Positions 38,935 to 49,609 are shown, counted from the first letter of the stretch. The stretch is 64,000 nt of DNA from Hyphomicrobiales bacterium (GCA_041725915.1 JBGRPZ010000002.1:8593-72592), one strand, 5' to 3'. Notes: generated from the letters alone by a model not told the origin. Translations and numbers: made by a program.

Positions 38935-40215
38935 CTATAAACTTTTCTTCTCTTCCATAACTATTAATCTGACTTCTTCTACCCTATTCAGAGAAGCCTT
39001 AGTGACAATAAATTTAAATGGATCAGCTAATATCACTTCATGAGCTATTGGAATGTTTTCCAGATGATATAATATATACCCCCCTAAAGTCTCATAGTCA
39101 TCAGATTCAGGCAGATTTATTTTATACTTTTCATTCAGGTAGTCTATCTCCAATCGAGCAGAAAACAAAAACTCAGTGCTTGATATCTGCTTTTCTGTCA
39201 ATGATTCAGTATCATATTCATCTTTAATTTCTCCGAATATCTCTTCCATAAGATCTTCCACAGAGACGATACCTGAAGTACCACCAAATTCATCAACAAC
39301 AACAGCCAGACTTTTTCTCTCCTTGAGTAAGCTTTTCATTGCATCATTTGCAGGAGTTGTCTCAGGGAATATATTTATCTCACGTAAGATATCTGATATG
39401 TTCTCTGGCTTACTGAATAGATCATAAGAATGAGAATACCCAATAATGTTATCGATAGTATTCTGATATATGATAATCTTAGAATGCCCCGAATCAATGA
39501 AGCTTTGTCTTAAATTTGATACATCATCATTGATTTCATGAGCTACAATTTCAGTTCTTGGAATCAAACATTCACGAACTTTAGTATTCTTGAATTCAAT
39601 GGCATTTTGGAACATTTGTATTTCCTGCTGGTTGAGAGTCTCTTCTTCTTCAGAGCCAGATAACTCTTTCACATAATCACTCAAGTCAATAGCACTGAAC
39701 ACATACTTTTGATTAGAGACATTTGTATTTAGAAATACCTTCAACAGCCATTCAGCAAAGCTTATAAACACATATATAATAGGGAAGCAAACATAAAATA
39801 TAAATGCAACAGGGATAGTGAAGAACTTCAATATTCCATTTGCATTGATACGAAATAAGATCTTTGGAAGGAATTCAGCAATAATCAATATAATAATTGT
39901 AGATATAAAAGTCTGAAGAACCAACATTAGAACCGGAGATGAATAATCTCCCAATATATAATTCTGGATAAAAGGAGCCAGAATCTTTGTCATTGCCGTT
40001 CCATATAAAACCAAAGCCACATTGTTGCCTAACAATAATGCTCCAATAAATTTCGAAGGGCTTTTGACAAATCTTGAAAGGATAATACCATACAGCTTGC
40101 CTTTCTTTCTATCTAACTCGATTTGTAGCTTATTGGAACTAATAAAAGCTATCTCCATTCCTGAAAAGAATGCAGATAAAAGCATTGTCAATAATATAAT
40201 TAACCAGTCACTCAA
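38935..40215 (-). CDS. CNNM(DUF21)-CBS-CorC/HlyC family membrane protein (GldE-like)
   Basis: 426 aa with an N-terminal 4-TM DUF21, a CBS pair and a C-terminal CorC_HlyC-like domain. Confidence 0.85.
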   Translation of the reverse strand: MSDWLIILLTMLLSAFFSGMEIAFISSNKLQIELDRKKGKLYGIILSRFVKSPSKFIGALLLGNNVALVLYGTAMTKILAPFIQNYILGDYSSPVLMLVLQTFISTIIILIIAEFLPKILFRINANGILKFFTIPVAFIFYVCFPIIYVFISFAEWLLKVFLNTNVSNQKYVFSAIDLSDYVKELSGSEEEETLNQQEIQMFQNAIEFKNTKVRECLIPRTEIVAHEINDDVSNLRQSFIDSGHSKIIIYQNTIDNIIGYSHSYDLFSKPENISDILREINIFPETTPANDAMKSLLKERKSLAVVVDEFGGTSGIVSVEDLMEEIFGEIKDEYDTESLTEKQISSTEFLFSARLEIDYLNEKYKINLPESDDYETLGGYILYHLENIPIAHEVILADPFKFIVTKASLNRVEEVRLIVMEEKKSL

Positions 40216-40286
40216 AATACTATACTTAAAATTAGAATTACCTTATGATGTTATAACAATATCATTCTTTCAAAGTTAATACCATT

Positions 40287-40895
40287 TTATGGATTTTTTG
40301 TAGTATCACTACTTATAGTATCTTGTTCAGGGACATCAAAGTCTCCCCTGAAATTATAGATATTCCTATTACTTAAATCCTGATTCGAAACCATAGAGTC
40401 ACCATATGCAATTCCATCAGGAGACACAAGCTTCACTGGTACAGGAGAATATACCTTCTTTGTATTCTCATCCCATATTAACAACTCAGTATATAGCTTC
40501 TGCTCACTTTCAAAATTCATCAATATGACATTCCCTCTTGCTTCCAGAACGTCTTTCTGTTCATAGTTAATTCCATAATCTCCTCGGATATCAGATTCAG
40601 GTTTTTCATTCTTATCATAGATAATAGCCTTGAAACCTTTTGGGAATACTGTTCTTGCACTATCACCGTCATACTTCTCCATTAAAGGAGTGTTCAACTT
40701 CAAAACAATTTTCCCTGAATCCAGTCTTTCTAGTTGAAAATCATATGCGGATAGTCCCGGCCATGAAGCTTCTTTTGTTCTATTATAAACTTCATTTAAA
40801 TTATTCTCACATGCAAAAAGCATTGTAATGGCAAAAACCATTACAATGCTTTTAAATAAAAGCTTTCCAGAAAGCTTATAATAAGATCTTTTCAT
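40287..40895 (-). CDS. lptC: LPS export periplasmic protein LptC-like
   Basis: The start is moved to the internal ATG (MKRSYYKL..., signal/anchor then C at FAC), 5 nt after the upstream stop codon. The OstA/LptC-like beta-jellyroll pattern and the synteny support the call. Confidence 0.6.
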   Translation of the reverse strand: MKRSYYKLSGKLLFKSIVMVFAITMLFACENNLNEVYNRTKEASWPGLSAYDFQLERLDSGKIVLKLNTPLMEKYDGDSARTVFPKGFKAIIYDKNEKPESDIRGDYGINYEQKDVLEARGNVILMNFESEQKLYTELLIWDENTKKVYSPVPVKLVSPDGIAYGDSMVSNQDLSNRNIYNFRGDFDVPEQDTISSDTTKNP

Positions 40896-40899
40896 TTGA

Positions 40900-42294
40900 T
40901 TATTTTCTTGCTCTAACTTTTGTAGTAACATTCATCCAACAATCAATCTTATATTCTTGCCCTTCAGTATAGTTGTAAAAGAATACTTTATCTGAAGAAG
41001 GGAAATATTGTGAATATGTATTTATCAGTTTATTCGCTGTTGCTGCAATCTCAGGATCTACAGACTTAGCTTTATATAATTGATCAACAGCAGCCCAAAA
41101 AACAGCCTTTTTCTCTAATTCATTAGAACCACATTGCTTACCGCTAGAAGCATACATCTGAGCAATTAAAACATAAGCATTACCTGCTTTTGGATTAAGC
41201 TTTAATAGCTTTCTAGCAGCATCTCTACCAGAAGAATACTGTCCTAAAGATCTGAAACAATCAGCTTCAACTAAATAAACTTTCTGCAAATCATCAGTGT
41301 CTTCAATTGCTTCAGCTTCTTTTAGATACTTAATCGCATCACTATACTTTTTATCTTTATAAAGCATAATGGCTAAGTTCAAAGCTGCTTCAGGAGAAGG
41401 CTCTAAACTATAAAGCTTTTCTGAAGCTTGGAAGAATAGTTCTGATTCCTCACACTTTTTCTTCTTCAATATGTTGGTGATCTTCTTTAGAAGATCAACA
41501 TCTTCAGGATTAGCAGCAAACTTATCTTTATATATTGCAATAAGGTCTTCACAGTTTGCATAAGGAGTAAAGAATTTCTCAATATTCCCTAAATAGCTCT
41601 TGTAAGAAGCAACTCTTTTTGTATCTCCTTTAGCTTCATATTTTTTTATGATCCCAGACATAATAGTACTTGTCTGATCATACACATCAATAACAACAGC
41701 TTTATCTATTTTACCAGCTTTTGCCATCTTATCAGCAGCACTCATATAGTAAACTACTCCAGGAGCATAAGCATTTGAACCATCAAGTTCAATTGATTCC
41801 TTAAAAGAGTTAAAAGCAGTTTCATATCTTTTAGGAGCATACTTCATAAGGTCTACCCCTTTTCTAGCAAGAATGCTTCCTGTCTCTTTTTTCCCTTTAT
41901 AAGTACCAAAGTATTTTATTCTGGTATCATATACTAGCTCTAATGTATCAATTAGCTTTTCTTTCACAGCAGGATCTTTTTCTGCTTTGATTCTATAGCC
42001 TATTATCTTTACACCATCAAGATAGATATTTTTTGATGCTTGAGGGCAGTTCAAAAAGACGTATCGCCAAGGCTTTATAGCATCTTTAACGGAATTTGAT
42101 TTATACTTTGAATTCTTCCATTGTTTATAAAATTCGCGATATAAAGAAAGATTAGAGAGACAAGCAACACTATCTTCTCCATATTTCTTTTCATCAGGAA
42201 CTTGATATAAATTATCTGCGGTTACGCTATTGGACTTTGTGAACCCTAAAATTAAACCCAATAGAATAATCAAAAGACTATTTTTCATTTTCAC
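40900..42294 (-). CDS. Secreted TPR-repeat protein
   Basis: 464 aa with a signal peptide and several TPR-like helices (YSDAIKYLKEAEAI, GQYSSGRDAARKLLKLNP). Confidence 0.65.
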   Translation of the reverse strand: MKMKNSLLIILLGLILGFTKSNSVTADNLYQVPDEKKYGEDSVACLSNLSLYREFYKQWKNSKYKSNSVKDAIKPWRYVFLNCPQASKNIYLDGVKIIGYRIKAEKDPAVKEKLIDTLELVYDTRIKYFGTYKGKKETGSILARKGVDLMKYAPKRYETAFNSFKESIELDGSNAYAPGVVYYMSAADKMAKAGKIDKAVVIDVYDQTSTIMSGIIKKYEAKGDTKRVASYKSYLGNIEKFFTPYANCEDLIAIYKDKFAANPEDVDLLKKITNILKKKKCEESELFFQASEKLYSLEPSPEAALNLAIMLYKDKKYSDAIKYLKEAEAIEDTDDLQKVYLVEADCFRSLGQYSSGRDAARKLLKLNPKAGNAYVLIAQMYASSGKQCGSNELEKKAVFWAAVDQLYKAKSVDPEIAATANKLINTYSQYFPSSDKVFFYNYTEGQEYKIDCWMNVTTKVRARK

Positions 42295-42316
42295 TTTGTT
42301 TAAATATTAATATCTA

Positions 42317-43642
42317 TTACCTATACTTATACTTTACAAACCATTTCTCTTGGATAGATATTCCGACGCTGAATTTAAAGAAAGTCTCTTCTACTAAATT
42401 ATCGACTACTTTACCTAAACCACCATATTCAAATCCAAGATTAATACTAGATTTACTTTTCCTGTATGGGAAACTAGCTCCTAAAGATATGCCAAACTCA
42501 TTTACTGATTTGTCTGATATATTTATATATGATCCTCCATACCTAAATCCAAATCTATATATTGATCTTTTCCAAAAAGAGGCAATACTTCTATTGTCAG
42601 GTAAATAATAACCTCCCATAGAAAAAGTCAAGGAGTTTTGTAACGAGTTATCAAAATACTCATCGCCAGAATTGCTTCCCCAATCAGTCTTATAATTCTT
42701 CCAATTTCCCCATTTTAAATCAGCTCCTATCATCCAGTTTGATTTTTTCTCCAAACTTATACCTCCTCCAATAGTAAGAGGAAGTTTAATAGTCCCTGAT
42801 TGTTGAGGTTTGCTAGTGACTGTATCTATACTTACTTCATTTCCACTGTTTAGATAATAATTATAAACAAAATAATCTCTCTTCGCATTCAAATTATTCC
42901 CTAATGAGGTTACCATACCTAAACCTAGCTCCAGATCTTTCTTTAAAGGGATAAAGCCCTGGATTCCCAGATCAAAATAAAAGTTATTTATCTTGATTTG
43001 GTTAGTTACCTTACTATTAAAGAACATGTCTTTTGAATCCTCTAAATCTCCAGAAAAGTCAATTATTCTTTCATGCGTAATATTTCCAAAAAGATAATAT
43101 GCATTAAACCCTAAGAAAAAATTATCATTAATTTTAAAAGCATTACCAATATAAAATCGATTTAATCCCCCTTCTCCATTAAATAATTGTCTGTATTTTC
43201 TATCACTATTCATGACAGTAAGGTCCTTACTAATTCTATATCCTACAGAACTATATGGTAAGATACCAAAGCTAGTACGTAACCATTTAGTAACTGGGAA
43301 ACCAAATGTCAGATATTCTACAGTACCATTATTTGTAGTACTTGAATAGCTTGCATCTTTAAGGTTTATAACAGATCCTGAAACTGCTGCATCAAAATGG
43401 AAAGATAAGGAATCAAAAGCAGCATAGGACGCAGGGTTTTTAGGATTAATAAAAGAACTTCTTATTCCATATCCTATTCCCCCCATATTTTTACTGATAA
43501 TATTAGTGTTATCGTTGTTTAGTTTGCCAATTCCATATTTGGAATATGGAGAACTAATGTCACTTTGAGCCTTTAGTTCATTTAAACCTAAAAGCATACA
43601 AAGTAAAGTCAGAATTGATAGATTAATTTTGCGTTTGATCAT
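42317..43642 (-). CDS. Outer-membrane beta-barrel protein (putative)
   Basis: 441 aa with a signal peptide (..LNELKAQ), alternating-hydrophobicity strands and an aromatic-rich C-terminus. Confidence 0.55.
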   Translation of the reverse strand: MIKRKINLSILTLLCMLLGLNELKAQSDISSPYSKYGIGKLNNDNTNIISKNMGGIGYGIRSSFINPKNPASYAAFDSLSFHFDAAVSGSVINLKDASYSSTTNNGTVEYLTFGFPVTKWLRTSFGILPYSSVGYRISKDLTVMNSDRKYRQLFNGEGGLNRFYIGNAFKINDNFFLGFNAYYLFGNITHERIIDFSGDLEDSKDMFFNSKVTNQIKINNFYFDLGIQGFIPLKKDLELGLGMVTSLGNNLNAKRDYFVYNYYLNSGNEVSIDTVTSKPQQSGTIKLPLTIGGGISLEKKSNWMIGADLKWGNWKNYKTDWGSNSGDEYFDNSLQNSLTFSMGGYYLPDNRSIASFWKRSIYRFGFRYGGSYINISDKSVNEFGISLGASFPYRKSKSSINLGFEYGGLGKVVDNLVEETFFKFSVGISIQEKWFVKYKYR

Positions 43643-44357
43643 TAAAATCTAATATTACATTTAAGCCTTTCAAAACTATATTTGGGATTGCAAAGATGTT
43701 ATTTTTTAACCTTTTATCAAAATAATAATAGTCTCCTCCACTAACAACAACCTTCAAATCTTTATATATACTCTTATATTCTTCAATTATTCCGTCCAAT
43801 TCTGCAATCACTCCATTTAAAACTCCTGAAAAAATCGAAGATTGTGTGCTGTCTCCTATTAAGCCTATTTCTTCTCTCGAATTTAATAACGGTAATTTAC
43901 TAGTAAAGGTATTCAATGCTTTAAATCTCATATCTATACCTAAAGTAATAGCTCCTCCTTTATAAACCTTATTCTTCTCTAAAATATCAAAAGTAATGCA
44001 AGTTCCTGCATCTATTACTAAAACATTTTCATCAGGGAAAAGACTTAATCCACCACAAACAGCAGCTATACGGTCTAATCCCATTGTCTCTTTATTCTTA
44101 TAGTGATTAAAAAAAGGTACAGAAGTTTTATTACTAAAATCAAGATGTGAGTAATGATATTCTAAATATCTTTTGATGCTATCTGGATAAGAAACAACAG
44201 AAGATATTATGGATCTAGTAATATTTGGATACAATTCTTTTATCCTTTCTAGTTCTGTTATATCCAGTTTTTCGTAACTATTAAAGAAAATGATTTCTTT
44301 TTCTTTAAAAATAGCAACTTTTTTTAAAGTATTACCAAAGTCTATGATTAATCTCAT
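43623..44357 (-). CDS. coaX: Type III pantothenate kinase
   Basis: 244 aa with IDFGNT and DRIAA motifs and an ASKHA fold pattern. Confidence 0.9.
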   Translation of the reverse strand: MRLIIDFGNTLKKVAIFKEKEIIFFNSYEKLDITELERIKELYPNITRSIISSVVSYPDSIKRYLEYHYSHLDFSNKTSVPFFNHYKNKETMGLDRIAAVCGGLSLFPDENVLVIDAGTCITFDILEKNKVYKGGAITLGIDMRFKALNTFTSKLPLLNSREEIGLIGDSTQSSIFSGVLNGVIAELDGIIEEYKSIYKDLKVVVSGGDYYYFDKRLKNNIFAIPNIVLKGLNVILDFNDQTQN

Positions 44358-44459
44358 TATAAATGTTTTATATCTGGAAAAGCTTTACAAATTTATCTAA
44401 ATTCCTTTTAAATAAATAAAAAACAAAAAAAACATTTGGATAGTTCCAAAGTATTCCCG

Positions 44460-44467
44460 TATATTTG
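44460..44467 (+). promoter_or_regulatory. -7 box (TATATTTG) of the tRNA-Phe promoter, with a TTTG -33 element at 44435-44438
   Basis: Ends 20 nt upstream of the tRNA 5' end. The spacing between the two elements is 21 nt. Confidence 0.55.
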
Positions 44468-44487
44468 CATCGCAATTGAAACAAAAC

Positions 44488-44560
44488 GGTACCATAGCTC
44501 AGTTGGTAGAGCAAAGGACTGAAAATCCTTGTGTCCTTGGTTCGATTCCGAGTGGTACCA
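44488..44560 (+). tRNA. tRNA-Phe (anticodon GAA)
   Basis: Folded by hand as a 73-nt cloverleaf. Acceptor stem GGTACCA/TGGTACC, anticodon stem AAGGA/TCCTT, loop CTGAAAA, T-loop TTCGATT. CCA is not encoded. Confidence 0.95.
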
Positions 44561-44562
44561 CA

Positions 44563-44592
44563 AAAGCCAGACTTAAGTCTGGCTTTTGTTGT
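44563..44592 (+). terminator. terminator after tRNA-Phe
   Basis: AAAGCCAGAC-ttaa-GTCTGGCTTT followed by a T-rich tract. Confidence 0.75.
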
Positions 44593-44915
44593 TTATAACA
44601 ACTCTCTTTCCTCCTTATTATTTGAACCCCAAATGAAATTTAGATTTATTATTTTAAGAGTATCACATTAAATTAATTGATATTCATATTGGAATATTTT
44701 CAAGATAGAGATCTAATTTTTTCATCTATAGAATCTTAATCTTACTTATCGTTATTGATCTCTTACCCCCGCCAACAGCAGAGTCCATTCTATATAGCTT
44801 CTAACAAACTCTTTATATCAAAAAAAAGCACCTTAAAATTACATTTCGATTGATTAAAATTTAAATTTGCGTGTGAATCAACTAACAATGTTAACGAACT
44901 AACATTATAATCACT

Positions 44916-45185
44916 ATGAAAGTCATAAAGAGTGCACAAGCAGGAACTTTTGAATCAAGCGATATCTTGATTCTTGTCGAACCTGCTCCTGAAAAATCAG
45001 GTATTCAGGTTGAGTTAAACTCATCTGTAAAAGCACAATATGAGGAAGATATCAAAACAGATATTCACAAAGTACTTACCCAGCTTGATATAAAAGATGT
45101 GCATATTATCGCACGTGATAAGGGAGCGCTTTCTCCTACAATACAAGCTAGAGTAGAAACAGCAATTAAACGTGCAACTGAGTAA
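44916..45185 (+). CDS. citD: Citrate lyase acyl carrier protein (gamma subunit)
   Basis: 89 aa. AGTFESSD contains the prosthetic-group serine motif. Confidence 0.85.
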   Translation: MKVIKSAQAGTFESSDILILVEPAPEKSGIQVELNSSVKAQYEEDIKTDIHKVLTQLDIKDVHIIARDKGALSPTIQARVETAIKRATE

Positions 45186-45203
45186 TTTTGGGGAGATAAG
45201 ACA

Positions 45204-46085
45204 ATGAATACTCAAAACAAGAAACGAAGAACCATGTTGTATATCCCAGGGAATAATCCTGCTATGATACAACAAGGAGGTGTTTATGGTGCAGATGGCT
45301 TACTTCTGGATCTCGAAGATGCAGTAGCTCTTAACCAGAAGGACTCTGCCAGAATACTACTCAGAAATATGATAAAGGCTATCAATTTCTATGATCGTGA
45401 GGTTACTGTTAGAATCAATCATCCTGATACTCCATTTGGTATCGAGGATTTGAAGACAATTGTGCCTATACAACCTGATGCTATAAGAATACCTAAGATC
45501 GAATCGGCTGACGAGCTATTAAATATAATAAGTATCATTGAGAAGATTGAAGAAGAACACAATCTCCCTCATGATAAGATGACGATTCATCCGATGATCG
45601 AGACTGCATTAGGAGTACAGAATGTCTATGAGATTGCTTCTGCACATAAGAGAATTGATGCTATCAGCATAGGTGGTCAGGATTTGACTTCTGATATGGG
45701 AATAATTTCTTCTAAAGATGGGATTGATTATGCACGTAAGCGCATAGTCATGGCAGCAAAAGCAAATAGAATTGATGCTTTAGATACTGTTTGGGTGGAC
45801 ATTGATGATGAAGATGGCTTGAGAGAGGAATCTGAATATGCTCGCAAGCTTGGTTTCACTGGTAAAGCAGTAATCAATCCAAGACAAATTGATATCATCC
45901 ATGAAGTATACACTCCTTCTGAAGCAGAAATCCGTAAAGCTGTCAGGATTATATTGGAGTTCCGCAAGAACAAGGAAGCCGGCATAGGTGTATTTGCTGT
46001 GGACGGCAAGATGGTAGATGCCCCGGTTGTTGCCAGAGCTGAACATGTCCTTCAACTTGCAGACATCGATATTGATAATCTTTAA
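45204..46085 (+). CDS. citE: Citrate (pro-3S)-lyase beta subunit (citryl-CoA lyase, HpcH/HpaI fold)
   Basis: 293 aa. RRTMLYIPGNNPAM and DLEDAV motifs. Confidence 0.9.
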   Translation: MNTQNKKRRTMLYIPGNNPAMIQQGGVYGADGLLLDLEDAVALNQKDSARILLRNMIKAINFYDREVTVRINHPDTPFGIEDLKTIVPIQPDAIRIPKIESADELLNIISIIEKIEEEHNLPHDKMTIHPMIETALGVQNVYEIASAHKRIDAISIGGQDLTSDMGIISSKDGIDYARKRIVMAAKANRIDALDTVWVDIDDEDGLREESEYARKLGFTGKAVINPRQIDIIHEVYTPSEAEIRKAVRIILEFRKNKEAGIGVFAVDGKMVDAPVVARAEHVLQLADIDIDNL

Positions 46086-46114
46086 GCTTTCAAACTAATC
46101 AAAATTTCGAAAAG

Positions 46115-47677
46115 ATGAAAAATGCATTAGGAATAGAAATACCGGAATATGTCGAAGGTTATGGTAAAACTGAGCCTTTTCAAGGTGCATGGGCAAAGCT
46201 TAAAGGAGATAGATTAGATGAACATGTTGCTCCTTCTGCAGCTAAAGCGCGTATTCCTCATACCAGTAAAATCAAAGAAAATATAAAAGAAGCTATCATT
46301 GCCAGTAATCCTAAGGATGGAATGACTGTTTCTTTCCATCATCATCTTAGGGGAGGTGATGACATCGTATGCAAAGCTCTTGATATTCTTGCTGAGCTAG
46401 GAATTAAAGATATTACACTTGCTTCTTCATCGCTCACCAATATACATGACCCGCTGGTGAAGTATCTTGAAGATGGCACTATAACTACAATATGGTCTTC
46501 GGGTATCAGGGGAAAGCTTGGAGAAGCCGTAACTGAAGGTAAGCTTAAGAATCCTGCTATTATTCATTCGCATGGGGGAAGAGTAAGAGCTATAAAAACT
46601 GGTCGTGTAAAGATTGATCTTACTATCATTGCCGCTGCTGCTGCTGATGAGGAAGGAAATGCTACAGGCTGCCATGGGCCTTCTGCCTTTGGATCTATAG
46701 GCTATGCCATCATAGATGCTAAATATGCAAGAAAGGTTATTGTAGTTACTGATAATATAGTCAATTATCCTTGCGTACCGATTTCTATCAGACAGACACT
46801 GGTAGATCATGTTGTCAAGGTCGATGCTATTGGAGATCCTAAAAAGATCGCTTCTGGTACTACGCGTATCACAAAATCTCCTCTTGATCTTAGAATTGCC
46901 AACTTAGCAGCAAAAGTAATTGAGCACTCTGGTTTATTCCAGAATGGCTTCAGCTTTCAGGTTGGGGCTGGTGGAGCATCTCTTGCCGTAGCAAAGTTTG
47001 TAAGGGAAAAGATGAAGAATACAGGTGTAAGAGGAAGCTTTGTTCTTGGCGGTGTTACTTCTTATGTAGTGGACATGCTAAATGAAGGTTTATTCAGAAG
47101 CATCTTTGATGTTCAGTCGTTTGATGCTGCTGTAAGTAGCTCTTTATTGAACAATAAGCACCACATTGAAATACCTGCTTCATTGTATGCAAATCCTTTC
47201 AATTGTGGAAGTATGACCAATAAGCTTGATATTGTGGTTTTAGGAGCCCTTGAGGTTGACACTAACTTTAATATCAATGTTATTACAGGCTCTGATGGAA
47301 ATATCAGAGGGGCTTCTGGTGGTCATTCTGACACTGCTTCTGGTGCTAAGCTTACCATTGTTGTTTGTCCTTCTTTCCGTGGGCGTATACCTATAGTAAA
47401 GGATAAAGTTCATAATGTGATTACTCCGGGAGAGACAGTACATTGTATTGTTACTGAAAGGGGCATTTGTGTTAACCCTCAGTTTCCAAATTTAAAAGCT
47501 AAACTTATAAAAGCTGGATTGGAGATTAAAGATATTATTGAGTTAAAAGAGGAAGTTGAACAAATCACAGGGAAACCTAAAGAAATAAAAACAGAAGATA
47601 AAATAGTCGGTCTTATTGAATATAGAGACGGCACTATTATTGATGTAATAAAGCAGATTCAACAGACTGTTGAATAA
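46115..47677 (+). CDS. citF: Citrate lyase alpha subunit (citrate CoA-transferase)
   Basis: 520 aa. CitF-like length and blocks (SFHHHLR, GGHSD...). Confidence 0.9.
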   Translation: MKNALGIEIPEYVEGYGKTEPFQGAWAKLKGDRLDEHVAPSAAKARIPHTSKIKENIKEAIIASNPKDGMTVSFHHHLRGGDDIVCKALDILAELGIKDITLASSSLTNIHDPLVKYLEDGTITTIWSSGIRGKLGEAVTEGKLKNPAIIHSHGGRVRAIKTGRVKIDLTIIAAAAADEEGNATGCHGPSAFGSIGYAIIDAKYARKVIVVTDNIVNYPCVPISIRQTLVDHVVKVDAIGDPKKIASGTTRITKSPLDLRIANLAAKVIEHSGLFQNGFSFQVGAGGASLAVAKFVREKMKNTGVRGSFVLGGVTSYVVDMLNEGLFRSIFDVQSFDAAVSSSLLNNKHHIEIPASLYANPFNCGSMTNKLDIVVLGALEVDTNFNINVITGSDGNIRGASGGHSDTASGAKLTIVVCPSFRGRIPIVKDKVHNVITPGETVHCIVTERGICVNPQFPNLKAKLIKAGLEIKDIIELKEEVEQITGKPKEIKTEDKIVGLIEYRDGTIIDVIKQIQQTVE

Positions 47678-47714
47678 TTATTTTAATTAAACATAACTTT
47701 CATTCTACTTGCAT

Positions 47715-47755
47715 AAAGGCTCATCTAAATATTTATAGATGAGCCTTTCTATTTT
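47715..47755 (+). terminator. terminator of citDEF
   Basis: AAAGGCTCATCTA-N8-TAGATGAGCCTTT followed by a T-rich tract. Confidence 0.75.
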
Positions 47756-47858
47756 ACTTATCAATTAAAACCTACCACTTCTTTCGAAGTAAAAAAACAG
47801 GAGCCTCATACCCCTATGAAACTCCTCATAAAAACCCCTAAACACTTGTAATTAAAAA

Positions 47859-48055
47859 TTACATTGTGTTTCTAAAAATACTCATCACTATGTCAGCATA
47901 GTTGCTTGCATAAAATTTGTTGCCCACAAGCATCTTTCAATGCATTACCAAATCAATGTGTTAAAGTCCTCTTCCCCAACATCAATTTCTTTCAATTATA
48001 AAGATATATCTATAAAGTTTGATAATTCTCTTATTATATCAGCTTCCAGTGTTGG
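47859..48055 (-). pseudogene. Decayed 3' fragment of a second Fe-alcohol dehydrogenase gene
   Basis: Aligns by eye to 48458 through about 48655, the 3' end of the intact adh gene. It carries a 3-nt insertion and a 1-nt deletion (TTGTTGCC-CACAAGC versus TTGTTGCCCCACAAGC). The flanking terminator and promoter remnants are also duplicated. Confidence 0.6.
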
Positions 48056-48389
48056 AGCAATTATACACTTTATAAATCATCTTTCGTTTTTATATCTTCT
48101 TCATTATCTACAATAGCCCTAAGACTGCTTATTACACTATCTATATTAAGTAGATAAGTCAAAGGTATTTAATATTTTACCCTATAGCATAGCTTTTATT
48201 TTTCAAAAATAGTCTAAATTTTTCGCTGCTAGATTTAAGGCATTTCACAAGCCTTTCGAGAGTAATAAATAAGAAAACTCAGCTATTAAAGCTAGGTTGA
48301 AAATTAAAGATCTTACTGGTAAGAAGGAAAATCAAGGCACAAGCCTCCATTTTTATCTATCAATTAAAACCGATCACCTCTTTCGAAGT

Positions 48390-48422
48390 AAAAAATAAGA
48401 GCTTCATATTCCTATGAAGCTC
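48390..48422 (-). terminator. terminator of the adh gene
   Basis: GAGCTTCATA-ttcc-TATGAAGCTC with a T-run on the minus strand. Confidence 0.75.
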
Positions 48423-48457
48423 CTAATGAAAACTCATGAAACACTCGTAACTAAATA

Positions 48458-49609
48458 TTACATTGCGTTTCCAAAAATACTCACTATATCTGCATGAGAT
48501 GCTTGTATTGGATTTGTTGCCCCACAAGCATCTTTCAATGCGTTAGTAGCTAATGTGTCAAAATCCTCTTCCCTAACACCAAGTTCCTTTAATCCCGAAG
48601 GTATATTTATAGACTTCGATAACTCTTTTATAGCATTAATGGCTGCTTTTGCCCCTTCGTCATCACTCATAGCCGCTACGTCTACACCCATTGCTGAAGC
48701 AACAGCTTTCAATCTTGCAGCAGATACCTGAGCATTATATGTCTCTACATGAGGTAAAAGAATCGCATTACATACACCATGAGGAAGATCATAGAATCCA
48801 CCTAACTGGTGAGCCATAGCATGAACGTATCCTAAGGATGCGTTGTTAAATGCCATACCTGCCAAAAACTCAGCATAAGCCATATTATCTCTGGCTTTTA
48901 TATCTTCTCCATTTTCTACGGCAGCTTTCAGGTTATTTGTGATTAAAGTAACCGCCTGAAGTGCACATGCATCAGTTATTGGAGTAGCGGCAGTAGATAC
49001 ATAAGCTTCAACAGCATGTGTCAATGCATCCATACCTGTAGCTGCTGTCAATGATTTTGGCATAGCAACCATTAGATTCGCATCGTTTACACCCATAATT
49101 GGAGTAAAATGCTTATCTACTAAGGCCATCTTAACATGAGTATCTTCGTTTGTGATAATAGAAAAAATAGTCATCTCACTTGCTGTACCTGCTGTAGTAT
49201 TTACACAAACCAAAGGTAGTTGAGGTTTTGATGATTTATTTAGCCCTTCATAATCTTTAATGTCACCACCATTAGTAGCCAACAATGCAATACCTTTAGC
49301 TGCATCGTGAGGAGAACCTCCACCAAAAGAAATAACAAAGTCACAATTGTTTTCTTTCAGCATCGCTAAACCATTGTTTACATTAGAAACAGTAGGGTTT
49401 GGTTGTGTCTCATCAAAGATAACATACTCGATACCTGATTCGTCTAGCTCGGCAGTTAGCTTATCAACTAGTTTAATCTCAACAAGAGGCTTATCAGTTA
49501 CGATAAGTGCTTTCTTGAACCCCATTGTTGCTATATCTTTTGTAGCATCTTTTAAAGACCCCGGACCCATTACTGAAACAGGTGGCATAAAAAAACGAAC
49601 TGTACTCAT
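48458..49609 (-). CDS. Iron-containing (group III) alcohol dehydrogenase
   Basis: 383 aa, collinear with remembered Zymomonas AdhB / E. coli FucO-YiaY type enzymes ([35 protein letters not shown]). Confidence 0.92.
   Translation of the reverse strand: MSTVRFFMPPVSVMGPGSLKDATKDIATMGFKKALIVTDKPLVEIKLVDKLTAELDESGIEYVIFDETQPNPTVSNVNNGLAMLKENNCDFVISFGGGSPHDAAKGIALLATNGGDIKDYEGLNKSSKPQLPLVCVNTTAGTASEMTIFSIITNEDTHVKMALVDKHFTPIMGVNDANLMVAMPKSLTAATGMDALTHAVEAYVSTAATPITDACALQAVTLITNNLKAAVENGEDIKARDNMAYAEFLAGMAFNNASLGYVHAMAHQLGGFYDLPHGVCNAILLPHVETYNAQVSAARLKAVASAMGVDVAAMSDDEGAKAAINAIKELSKSINIPSGLKELGVREEDFDTLATNALKDACGATNPIQASHADIVSIFGNAM

Noticed and set aside
40896-40931. Longer N-terminus (MLLQKLEQENNQ) for the LptC-like gene
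   Set aside because: It would overlap the upstream TPR gene by 32 nt. The internal ATG gives a normal signal/anchor sequence and starts 5 nt after the upstream stop codon.
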